Below, piece after piece: positions 15,524 to 28,267 of a stretch of DNA of 64,000 nucleotides. How positions within the stretch are numbered: position 1 is the stretch's first letter; each line of letters opens with the position of its first letter. A model generated the notes under the pieces. The model searched no databases and had not been told where the DNA came from. It worked only from the letters and a program-made list of their open reading frames with translations. Source of the stretch: the human T2T-CHM13v2.0 reference genome, Homo sapiens. Location of the stretch: the NCBI RefSeq assembly GCF_009914755.1, contig NC_060934.1, one strand, 5' to 3'. The translations under genes were made by a program, and so were the position numbers.

Positions 15524-16042
15524 TCACATTACATGTGACAAGTAATACATCTGTAACATAAAGCACCATGTACCTTTAGAATATTTAGCAGTAGAGTAAT
15601 TGAACTGAGAGAAGACAATGTGTTACCAAATGCTGACAATAATATATATCGGACAGAACAAAAAAACAGCATTTAGAATGACTTGAAATCACAAAAATCA
15701 TCTTAAACATGATTGTTCGTATTATTTATAGCACATTCACATCTGATCTCTAAAACACATTTTAGCATGGCGTATCTGAGTGTTTAGACAACATGATGAT
15801 TTCTGCCTATTATTTTGACCTTCCTCTGGATTGGTGGTGTGGGGATGTGTGTTCATCATTCACACAACATGCAGAAAGTGCATCTACTGAGAATCTTGGC
15901 TGTTTCTCTTCTCCCCATCATCACTGCCAGTTGCCCTAGTTTAGGTATGAGCTCTCTCTCTTTTCCTTTTGTTTTTTCTTTTCATGGCTTGGACAAATGT
16001 GATAGACCGTTATGTCTCTTTTGCTTCTATTCCTTTTCCCCT

Positions 16043-16810
<768 letters not shown>

Positions 16811-16849
16811 TCAGGATCGCCCTTTCGAGCTGGGGTTGGAGTAGCAAGA

Positions 16850-17260
16850 CAAGTGTCTATGCAGGAATCAGATGGCATACTCAATTCCAAAAGAATTCAA
16901 TAAAGAGGCACATTAGTGAGGTACAGGGAGGGTGAAAAGAGCCAACCAACAATGGTGACGCTGTCAGGGGACCAGTAAGTGTGGGACGCTAGTGCCATCC
17001 CTGTGCCTGAGGGGCAGGGAGAGGGAATAATGTTACTGACACACATCAAAAGCTGTAGCCATGGGAGGGGCCCACAGACAGATGCTGTGGACAAGGAGGG
17101 ACACACAGCCACAGCCAGGCCAGGAGGCGATAGAAAGAAATATCCCAGGGTCTGTCTTCTCCCAGATGCTTGTGCTCCCCAAGGCTGGACCCAAACAGAA
17201 GCCAGAGGGTAACAAAGGCTGGTGATGTGGAGAACAGGATAGAGAGGGAGGAGGCCAGTT
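16850..17260. mobile_element. Old ERVL-type LTR remnant (LTR33-like)
   Basis: gcctgaggggcagggagaggg...ccaaacagaagccagaggg resembles this LTR class; subfamily uncertain. Confidence 0.4.
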
Positions 17261-19689
17261 CTGGAGGGACAGATGCAGACAGGCAGCACAGCGACACAAC
17301 ACAACCTGTGAGGCAGGAAGACAGGGGGCGTAGGAGGCAAGCAGCAACCTCTGTGTCAGGGGGATCACTCAGAAATGCAAATGCAATCATGTAACTGTCC
17401 CACTTTCCGTATTTCAGACTCCCCCGCACCCTTACCATAAAATCTTCAGCATGCACTTCAGGATCTCACGATCCAGCTCTGCTTCCCTTCCCAGCCCCAT
17501 TTCTCCCTTCTTTCCTTCAGGTGCCCTGAACTCCAGGCATATTAAACCCCTTCAAATTTCTTCTTCTGGTTTAGTACGTTTGCCGCCTTTGCACAAATTG
17601 TTTTCATCTGTCTTCCCACTTTGTAGCCTGGCTAGCCATTGTTCCCCTGGGACTAGTCAAGCATCTCCCACTCTGGAAGCCTCCTTTTCTCAGTTTCCCC
17701 CAGGTTGAGAGGTCTCTTTCCCTGAACCCACATGGTCCTGGGGTTGACCCTGGTCTCAGCTGACCACACCACAGGGTGACAGTTTACTCCTCTGTTCTTT
17801 CCAAGACCGTGAGCCCCTCCAGGGTAGGGATTTGGTTTTTCTTTCCCATATCAATGAGGAGTTGTGGAATAAATCATTTCATTCAAATGAACATTGATTT
17901 CATTCTATGTCACAGCCTTTATCAAGGTCTCGAGGAACACTGGATTTAGGCCTGGGCTCAAGTCCTGGTTGTACCCTAAAATTGCTGCATGAGTTTGTGT
18001 AAACCCTTAGCTTTTTGAGACGATTTCTTCATTTACAGAATGGAGATAACTTTTCACGGATGTTTTGGGACATGAATGTAATAATTGCAAACCTTCTCAT
18101 ACTCACTGTCTGGCTCTTAATGCTCTCCACGATCCAGTTTCCAAATCACCCCAATCTAAATGGCCATGCCCAGCCTTTTACTACAGACCATGTTCACTAT
18201 ACAGCCACCTTGATCATGGTCCCAAGGCCACCAGCCCCACCTCCCAGCCTCTGAGAGCTCGCCATCCATTGCTCTCCTCAGTCAAACTTTGCCCTTTTCT
18301 CTGCCTGCAAACTATACGTAGGCTCACGCTTTAGGGAACTACATCAGAGAAACTGTTTAGAAATCATATACAAAGCCAAGGGGGCTTTTTTCACTAGAAG
18401 GTGAGATGTTATTTTGCTTGAACATCAGGTTTCGTTCTGACACTTCTAGCAAACAAAAATAAGGTTCAAGCCGAGACATTTTAAAGAACCAGTAATTGCC
18501 ATTACAAAACGATTACAAAGACTGTTATTATTATTCTCTATGTTCACTTCAATTTGACATTTTGCCACAATCATTTGGGAGGAGAAGGAATAATGAATGA
18601 ATCCATTATTTGTCTTCAGCGTGGCCAAGAGCTAGGTGATCCAATTCCCACTTGGTCATGCTTGGCTATACCAACCCTCCCCTCCCACCCATCCTTCCCA
18701 CAGTGGGTGTGAAGTCTTCTCCCTTCCCCATTATTGTCAAACCATCCACTTGCCTTCTTTGATCTTGCTTGTTGCATGGAAATAACTCTAAGGATTGTCA
18801 GTCTGTATAAAATTCATTGCAAAACCGGATGGCAGTACAGAAATAACAAACGTCCCATTCCACTTCAGTCCAATTCAGACAATGGAACAGAAATAAAAGA
18901 TTCCAAAACTATGGTATATTTAAATTTAATAAAGCCCTTTTCACCCTCCAGACCCCCAGTTTTCCAAATAAACTCATAACAAATATTCCACGTGAGCCTT
19001 GTCAGGCAGTTTTAATATTCAGTGTCCCACAGCAGCACCGAATCTAAGGAGAGCAGCATAAGGCATTTATATAATTGCACAAATTAGAGATACCCCGAAT
19101 GAAAGGTTTCCTGCTGGTTTTTCTCTGCTCTTTCATTTGTTGGTTACAGAATTAGGAGTGCTCCTGCTGTGCCGCAGCGTCTCCTCTCCTGGGCTGCATG
19201 CAGAGCACCACTGCACCACACCCCTCTGATAATGGCTATCTGGGGCACCTGAATGAGTAGCCTGTCCCCAGGGCTCCTGCCTGGGGACAGGCTGCTCCTC
19301 CAGCCCAGGTGGCTCCTGAGCGAGCGGCCACCTGGATGCACGCCTCCTTCTGTGCATGCCTCCCCACGCCTCCAACCCAACTCCACAGTCTGCAAAGTGA
19401 CAGCCAGAGATTAGGCGAAACCTTGCATGACACATTTGTATGAGATAGCTTATCTTTCCGTGCCTTTGTTTATAAATTGTCCTTTAAAAAGTCCTGGAAG
19501 GTTAACTCCCCTTGAAATGATTTGCCGGAAGCACCTTCTGCAGATTGAAAACAGTTAATGTTTGAACATTTTTAGAACACGGGTAACTAATGGAAATATT
19601 TGATTCCACGTAGTTTAACGAAGAGTTTGTTTCTTCTTTCAGAGGTGTTGGCTGGTTTAGTGGAAAGAGGATTAAGAGCTTACAGGCCT

Positions 19690-20095
19690 GGTTGAAGGTG
19701 CTGCACTGCTCCCTAACCAGTTGTGTCATCCTTAGCAAACTTCCCTCCCTAACTTGGTTTCTCATTTGTCAAATTGCAAAAATATAATGTCCACCTCGCC
19801 TGTTTTATGTGATACCTGTTAGAATCAGGGAAGATAACTTTATGTTAACCATAAAAGCACTTTATATTATTATGAAGGTAAAAAATCATGTAGTAAAAGG
19901 TGCATGTATTTTAGTCAGGAACCCTGGACTTAAGTGCTGACTCTACCACGTGCTGTGTGATCAAATGTAGGTCAGCTCATCTATCTGATTTCATTTTTAT
20001 TTTAACTTGTAAAATAATTTCCTCATTTGTCTCTCAACTAGGACAGTGTAAATGCAAGCTCTTTGTAAAACTGCAAAAGTAGTAAATCACAAATA
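19690..20095 (+). mobile_element. Two tandem MIR fragments
   Basis: ccagttgtgtcatccttagcaaacttccctccctaacttggtttctcatttgtcaaat and gctgtgtgatc...tctgatttcatttttatttta...tgtaaaat. Confidence 0.6.
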
Positions 20096-20149
20096 AATAT
20101 TCACGAGGTGTCAGGAATTGTGCTAGGTGTACAGTGTATTCTTTATTCT

Positions 20150-20396
20150 TTATAATATTTATTGTTATTATTTGAAAAAAGTTATTTTATTTTCTATTTT
20201 AGATTCACAGGGTATGTGTGCAGGTTTGTTACATGGGAATATTGTATGATGTGAAGTTTGGGCTTCTATTGATCCCATCGCCCACACAGTGAACATAGTA
20301 CCCAATAGGTAGTTTTTCAACCCTTGCCCCTCTCTTTTCCTCCCTCTTTTTAGAATCCCCAGTGTTTGTTGTTCCCATGGTTGTGTCTGTGTGTAT
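20150..20396 (-). mobile_element. Short L1PA15/16-like 3' end
   Basis: gtgcaggtttgttacatggg...gaacatagtacccaataggtagtttttcaacccttgcccc. Confidence 0.85.
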
Positions 20397-20525
20397 GTTT
20401 TTTGTTTCAAGAGATGGGCTCTTGCTATGTTTCCCAGGCTGGCCTCAAACCCCTGGGCTCAAGTGATTCTCCCACCTTGGCCTCCCGAGTAGCTGCCATT
20501 GCAGATGTGCACCACCATGCTGGGC
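20397..20525 (-). mobile_element. FLAM / Alu monomer
   Basis: Single ~125-bp antisense Alu arm. Confidence 0.85.
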
Positions 20526-22204
20526 AACAGTGTGTTCTTTTATCATCACAGTGACCCTTTGAGGGGAATAATTATTATCCCAGTTTCCAGCTGAGAAAAC
20601 TGAGGCTCTGATAAGTGGAGCCAACATTCAATCACACATTTGTTTCACTGCTGAGCCTGTTTTTAATCACTGTCCACACAGCCACAATTACTGTTTTACT
20701 TTTATTGTTTCAGCCAATGACAGTGACATAATGAAGGCACGGAGGATGTTATTTCCTCAGAGATATGGGTTCTTATGGTTGACCTGGTAACATTACATTT
20801 ACAGAGCACCTTATGTATTCCTCAATTATAATTGCATTTCCACAAGAAATGTTAAGTACTAACTCCCTAAAAGACTGTGAGAAGGGAGAAGACCTCAGTG
20901 ACCTTGATCCCACCCCTCACGAGTTAGCTCTACTGCTAACAATTATTGAGTACTGAATTTCTCACTTACTAGATTCCTACTTTAGTACAGTGAATGATAT
21001 CTCCTCTATGTTGCCTTTGGTCATTTATATTAATAAAATGAGGAGGCGAGCACAGGGAAACACAAATATATTATGCGAGGCTCTCTGATAAAGGATTTTT
21101 ATCATAAAGGGCTGAATTTCTAAGCTGAGCATGGGTACTTGTTATTTATTTATGTATTTATTCATTTATTTATGTTGGCTTTAGAGTATTCACTTCCTTG
21201 TTATTGGATAATAACTATTAGAAGAGAAATTTGTCACTCCTCCTTCTGGTCCCCCCTGCACTTATTCTGTGTCTGATAGCGTTGGTGGGTTAGCAGGGGA
21301 TGATTTTCTATATAGCCCACGCTTGATGATTCTGCATAGAGAATAGTAAAGACCAAAATTAGCAGGGTTGGAGGTAAGAATGAAAAGGACTTCAGAAAAG
21401 AGAAAAGGGTTTTCATTCCGTAGAAACGATTTGTGCTCTAAGGATCTGCCACCCAACCAGCCACTGGCTGAGCACCGTCAACATTCTCAGCACTAAGGAT
21501 GCAAATGCTCTTGGTTGTAGCCTCCTTTCTAGAGGAAAGTTGATCTTGGATAGGGGCTGGGGGTGGGAGCAAAGGGATGGAAATTGCTCACTGGGGCCAG
21601 GTGAGGACAAATAACTTTCAGGGAAGAAGAGCAGAAATCTCTTTCATGTAGAAGAGTTGTTTGATCAAATAGTTTCAGATGCTCAAAATCTGTGGTGACC
21701 AGAGGGGAGGAATTCAGTTAAGACATCCTTCTACTGAGGATAAACAACATCTTGTGTCTACTATGTTGGCTTACAATTAACCTAACTTGGAGGGAGTTTA
21801 TATCCTGACTCACAGTTGTATCCTTTATGAAGGAAGTCTCATCAAAAGAAGTCATGGCTCTTGGGGTGCTTTATCTGCAGAAACTGGACTCAGGGCAGGG
21901 CTGGGGAAGGTGGAATGGCGGTTGTGGGTCATAGCCACAAAGACCCTGCTGCAAATATGTCATTAAAAGCAGGGAGCTCTGTTGCCTCAAGCCTTGGGGT
22001 GAGCCGGGGATCTTCCTTCAGAGTGCTATGCTTCTGACTTTCAAGAAGTGTCTTTCCCTCACAATTCATATAGATTCTTTTATTTGTTGTTTTTTTGACT
22101 CCTCCTATAGGCCTGATATGGGAAGAAAAATGAAGAAATGCTCAGCTAAACTCGTTTTGACATGCACCTTTTAACATTCTGCAGCTGCCTCAGCTTTTGA
22201 TGTA

Positions 22205-22825
22205 TGATTTTTCTTGTTGGTCACTTTGCAAGCCAGGGACTTCTGGCTGGTGATGCCCCACGTGGGCCCTGCTTGCATGCTGGCATGCCCCAGCTTGCCT
22301 GTGTTACAGCTTGTACCTACGTTCAGCAGTTCCCAAGCTCCTGTACCACGCCCAAGAAGAATGAAGATATGCTGGATATTGAACGGTGAGGAGGGTGGAG
22401 AAGAATTTTATTGAGTGATAAAACAGCTTTCAGCTGAGAGGGGACATGGGGGTGGTCCCCCTACCCAAAGGTGAGAAAGTTCTGCGTGTGGCTGGGTCCA
22501 GGGCTTTTTATGAACTCAGAATGGGGATTGTGTGCTAATTGGTTTGTGAATATGCCAAAAAAGTTAAAGTGAAGGCACCACTTAAATGTGGGCATGACAG
22601 TGTAGAAAAACCAATTAAATAAGAGTAGGTATATGTAAAATAGGTGAAGGGTGGGGACCAATCAGAGGAAAACACACCAAATGGGAAGACAAGTTCTCAA
22701 CCTAGTCTGAGGATTTAACTGGTAGCTTGGCTTTCAGGCTTTAAACTGTCTTCGGCTTGGAGGTGGGGTTTCACCAGGAGCCACCCCTATCTGCCCAGGC
22801 ATTTGGTTGTCTCCTGTCACTATAA
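22205..22825 (-). mobile_element. ERV1 solo LTR of the LTR1/LTR27/LTR28/MER52 group
   Basis: Minus strand starts ...GTGACAGGAGACAACCAAATGCCTGGGCAGATAGGGG...GGTGAAACCCCACC; AATAAA in minus orientation at ~22407-22412 ('agaagaattttattgag'). Confidence 0.8.
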
Positions 22826-22922
22826 ATTTCTTTTGCTCTCAAAATACAGTCTCTCCTTGCCTTTTCTGATCTAACTTCAAACCTGATGTGGGTGTGGTGA
22901 CATTGTTTTCTGAAGTCATAAT

Positions 22923-23022
22923 CAGACACCCCCCGTAATTTCATGATCAAACAACCTCTGTGATCCCATAAGCAGACACCCCTATAATCCCATGAGCAGA
23001 TGCTCCCTGTGATCCCAATCAG
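22923..23022. repeat. Degenerate minisatellite, ~4 units of 24-25 bp
   Basis: cagacaccccccgtaatttcatgat / caaacaacctctgtgatcccataag / cagacacccctataatcccatgag / cagatgctccctgtgatcccaatcag. Confidence 0.75.
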
Positions 23023-23624
23023 TTGTCCTCGGAGCTCCCTCAAGAGCCCCTGGGCCCCACCTCTTTCATCCCATTACCTGGCACTCTCAGAACCCCTCGC
23101 CAATTTCCCCGTTTGAGCACTCCTCCCCAGCAAGCGTCAGAATTTGGGGGAACAAAAAGTAGCTCTTCATCAGGAACAAGTTGCCCTCAACTGAAGGGAG
23201 AAGGGTAGAGGGAAAGAGAAATAAATCCCTAACGGCATTATGGATTTCACAGCTCTAGGGTAGATACTTGGAGAAATAAATGCTCTGAGCCACAGTCTGC
23301 ATATAAAATGGGATGCAGAAAAACTACCCCAATTCTTACCCTTTCCATTCCCTTCTCTTTTCTCTTTCCTTCCTCTTTTCCTACCTTTTCTATTTGTTAA
23401 ATGCATTTGCTGTTCACAAGGTCTCAGAGAACAGTATGTTTCTAAATGCTTCTCTAAAATGCAGAGGTCTAGTTATATAGTGCCATTAGCATCTTTCTTC
23501 TCAACACAAGCTAACCACCTAGAGTCCTGACATTCATTCATGGATTCCTTTGTTCATCTCATTTATTGAGTGTATACTTTGTTCCAGTCCTAGTGTTTCC
23601 AAAGGAATAAAAGCAATGACAACT

Positions 23625-23830
23625 ATTATTCGTGGAGTATTTTAATCAGTAGACACTATATTAAGTGTGTAACAGGCAAAATACATTCACAAAATGGTCC
23701 CAACAGCTTAATTGTTACTGCCTGTTTTCCAGATGAAAACTGAGGTTTCAAGAATTACATCACTTGGTCAAGGTCAGCAGAGCCCGGGCTGGCACACAGC
23801 AGTTTGAGGATGGACTCTAACCTTGCTGTA
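23625..23830 (-). mobile_element. MIR fragment
   Basis: cctgttttccagatgaaaactgaggtttcaagaattacatcacttggtcaaggtca. Confidence 0.65.
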
Positions 23831-23848
23831 TGCTGTGCTGTTTCTAGG

Positions 23849-24010
23849 ACTGGTTCTCCAACTTTAGCTGCATCAAAATGCCTGGAGGGCTTTTAAAAAC
23901 ATGCTTTTCTAGCCCCTGCTCTCAAAGTCTGTGATTTATAAGCCTGAGAATTCTCATTTCCAATAAGTCCCCAGATGTTGTTAATGGGGATCCCACTTTG
24001 AGAACCACTG
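23849..24010. mobile_element. MER5 (hAT-Charlie) MITE
   Basis: ctggttctccaactttagctgcatcaaaatgcctggagggctttt...cactttgagaaccactg; terminal inverted repeats visible. Confidence 0.8.
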
Positions 24011-27000
24011 CTCTATGCTTCTGCTGTGCCCACGGTCTCCCTCAGGTGTATCTGCTTTAGGGAAGGTGAAATGTACCTTGCAATTAATTTGCGGCTTAAA
24101 TTCATGCTACCTGTAGATGGAAGAACTTTCTTTCCTCACCCGGACTCCAAATGCTACCCTTTTCCTGCCCTGTATCCGCAGTTGTGAAGTCACCCTGGAT
24201 TCTACTTCTTCTTTTGAGCATTCTAAGAAAATACTCTGGGGAGAAAACCACTTTGGCTTGAAGTGCCGGTTGCTCTTAGTGACGCTGAAGAAGCTACTCC
24301 GTGTGTTTCAGGGTACTGGGTATGAAAGTGTGGTACACAATACAGGCTGGTAAAGAATCCCCACATTCGCTTCCGCTCAATACACCAGCATCAGACTCTA
24401 GTTGTACTAGAACACCATTCTGAATCCTGAAAACAGATAGCAAAAACAGCAGCTGTACAGGGACTGTTTATTTATGGAATCCCTCACGTAAACAGAGTGA
24501 GGGTGATGGATCATCACTCGGCCCATAAACATGACTGTGCTCCGGCAGGGGCCTTGTCCTCATCTGAGCCCACTGACCTCTTCCTGTGTCTGCAAACAGT
24601 GGCAAAGCGGAAACAAGGAAAATAGGCGTGAGGAAATGGTGTTGAGTTGCAAAACATGGAGAGAACAATTGGCATTGCGATTCCCAGGACAAGCAGGACC
24701 GCAGCCGCTCGCAGAGGCACCAACTTGAGAGGGGATGGTTCTGTTCTCTGGCCCTGAAAGTATGCACTTTCTGCAGCCTTGAATTTGTCCTGCCTCTAAG
24801 GAAGTTATTTACAGTTTTGCACAGTGGGATAGTTTTATGAGCCAACCCTCTCATTTTTATGAGGGTTCCCGGGGTAAAGCAGTTATACAATCTTACACCA
24901 GCACACCAACTTCAGTGAAGAACAAACAATATAAAGTAGGCCATCCAGACCCATAAAGCAGGCAACACTGAACAGTCGTGATTTCAGTTCAGTTCAGAGG
25001 TGACCTGGCTTATTACGATAAGATAGAGGAATGAACAGGGCCTACGCAGAGAGAGCGAGCAAGTGAGTGGGAAATAAATAATTCATTGTCTCCTTCCAGA
25101 AGCTGTAAGTTGAAGGGACAGAAATCTTGTTATCAGAAAAAGGACCAAAATTCAATTGCTAGAATGTTCTTTCAAATTACTTTTCAGATTTGTTGGTTGA
25201 AGGAAATGACATCACCTTCTACCAAATATTTGGTAAGCAATCCATCATCAACACAAGGCTTTCAGATTTTAACATGGCTTTCTATGTATAACAAACCAAC
25301 TTTTCCTCCCTGAACTTGTGGAGAATGAGGTCTCTGGGTGTGCTTGTATTTACAAATGAGTTTGCTAAGCTTTGACTTCATAAGAAGACAAGGTTAATTA
25401 GGAGCTAGACTGTGGATCTTAAATTTATCGGCAGGCTAAGTAGCTGGTGACTGCCCCAATCAGAGTCAGCTTCCAGGAAATGAAACGGGACTTATTTACA
25501 TTTAGAGTGATGCCCAGCTTCTTAATCACTTCAAAGCATTTACAGATTAACTTTACTACCAGCAGTTCAAGAGGTAGAATGAACCCTGGGAGGGCATGTG
25601 CTTCTCTGTCTCCCTCTTCTTCTGGAGCTGCCAATTCCTTATTTCAGCCTGTGTTCCTTGCCTGTATCTTTTTGCTAAACCCTGGAAAGTTTCTTTCTGA
25701 TGCTGTTCTGTGAAATGTTCTGTGAAATAATCTGTGGTTTATTTGGTAAGCCTCCTGATAAAGCAGTTTTCTAAAACCTTACCAGAATTGCTAAGGATCA
25801 CCAGCATGGCCTGGTATATGTGCACAATATAAGGCAGAAATCATTCTGGTAAACTTTCTTTGATAGAAAATATTTCTATTAAATTGTTGGGTTATTATGG
25901 ATTGCACATGCTGGATAACAGAGGTGACCCCAGGCTTCTCACGTGGCTCTGTGGTTGCTTATAAATGAACACTAGTAAGGATTAGATAAATTTTTGATTA
26001 GAAATTTCTAGTTAGCCAATAAAAGTGACCAGAGCAGTTAGGATGATAGCTACATATATCAGTGGCAGTTTCAGTCACATTTTAGTTTAACACAATCTCC
26101 AATTCAATTTGAAATTTTTATTATGGTATTTTAATCTGCAGTCTCTAATTACTTTACAGTTTCTCAGCAGAGAATAAGAGTTGCTGGTGGGCTGTGAGTG
26201 ATAATAATACCTTCCCTGCCTTATCCAAAGAACTGCTGTAAAGATTTATAAGATTTTTTTTTTGTCAACTGAAAGGAGTTGTGCAAATATAAGCTATCGT
26301 GACATTCCATTCTTTACTATTTTAATAACATATTTACCCATATTTTTGTTTTAGTTTTAAAAATTGAAACTACATAAAATGCTACCTCTTTAAAATCATT
26401 ATGGTTTTTTCTTTATGCAATAAGCTACTACGCAAAATCTTTAAAGAAAACTGTCTTCTAGAAGGAATTAATGAAAAAAATGGTCCCATTTGGTGCATTG
26501 TCAAGAGTACCTTTTTGGTTATAGAGCAAAGAATGGAATATTTATTTGCATTTAAAGGGTGCGTATGCCTTATATGTAGAAATCCAATACACTAGGAATT
26601 TGGATAGGATGGAGACCCTTCCTTCTTGCTAAATGACAGCAGCTATGAGTCCAAGAAATAGGTTTTTGGGGTTTCAACTTTGACTATAGAAGTCAGTTGC
26701 TTATTTCAGCAAAATGTGGTACACTTGGGTTCTAAGAGCCAATTCTTAAAAAATGAGCAGCAGCCAGCGAGTCTGGCTTTGTATCTTCATTATAGGCAGA
26801 ACGTTCTATACTTTACTGTTCGTATTGTGCCACGTCTGCTGGAGGAAGATTGGCGGCTACACCTCTTGGGCTTTCCCATAACAAGATGTTCATCTCTGGA
26901 GGCTATCCCGGAGAGCCAACTGCACATAAATCCATTCTAATTAAATATGCCACTCTCCAGGGGTAGATGCCTTCGTTACAGGACTTATTTCAGGGGAATA

Positions 27001-27346
27001 CAGATATGTGCATACCGATATTTTAGCTATAGACACAGGAGTCTGTTTGCAAGCAAGGGAATATACCATCCCCCTCTTTTCCCTCTCATCTTACATCTTG
27101 CTATCTAGAGACTCACGCAAAACAAATCCCTTGGGATTGCACTTACTTTCAGATATGTGAAGTTAAGCCCTTCTCAGACACACACATCTTTCCATTACAT
27201 GTACAATGAGAAGCTTTCTGTAACTCCAAATCCAGTGGTGCCATTTCCTAATTGAGGCACCTGGCCCAATTAGGAATAAATGAGTACTTGCTGAAGAGAA
27301 AGTTAATGAGCAGTTAGTTAGAGCCACAACCAAGAAGGATTTCTTT

Positions 27347-27347
27347 A

Positions 27348-27405
<58 letters not shown>
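27347..27405. repeat. A19(TA)20 compound microsatellite
   Basis: Read directly from the sequence. Confidence 0.97.
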
Positions 27406-27408
<3 letters not shown>

Positions 27409-27770
27409 CAGAGAAGAAATGTGAGCCTACAAATAAGTGGTCATCCTTTTGCTTGTTTTTAAAAATGAAATATTGTCTGAACTGAGGTGTCAAGTCTTAT
27501 AAAACAAAGTTACACTCAAACCCCAGACTGACTCATTAACCAGACTCAGCCTTGGAAATAGCGAGGTAAAAGAGGATTCCGGAAGCACATTTCATGCTTG
27601 GAAACAGTGTTGCCACCTTCCTCTCCCACTCCCTGCCTCCCATTTCTCCTGGGAAGGTATCACCGGCAACAAGTGGCAAGAATATTCAGGTCAGGTTGGT
27701 TTCTGTTTTACCTCCATTGCACCACCAGTGAAGAAGAGTGAGACACTGAGACACTTGAAAAGCCATGTCA

Positions 27771-28070
<300 letters not shown>

Positions 28071-28267
28071 GAAAAGCCATGTCACCTTCTACCCCAAGGA
28101 TTTAGCTGTTGTAGGACACCAGGTACCTGACAAGAGAGAAACGAACCACGAGGCACACATGTTTAAAACGTCTACATGTAATCATACTCAAGACTTTTGG
28201 GCAAGTGCTCAAAAGCAGACTTTGACTTTTACATGGAGAAAAATTTACCTTTTAAAATATATTTCTA

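Noticed and set aside
16897-17456. Several overlapping 110-150 aa ORFs
   Set aside because: They lie in a GC-richer old LTR-like remnant, are open in multiple frames and show no recognisable homology
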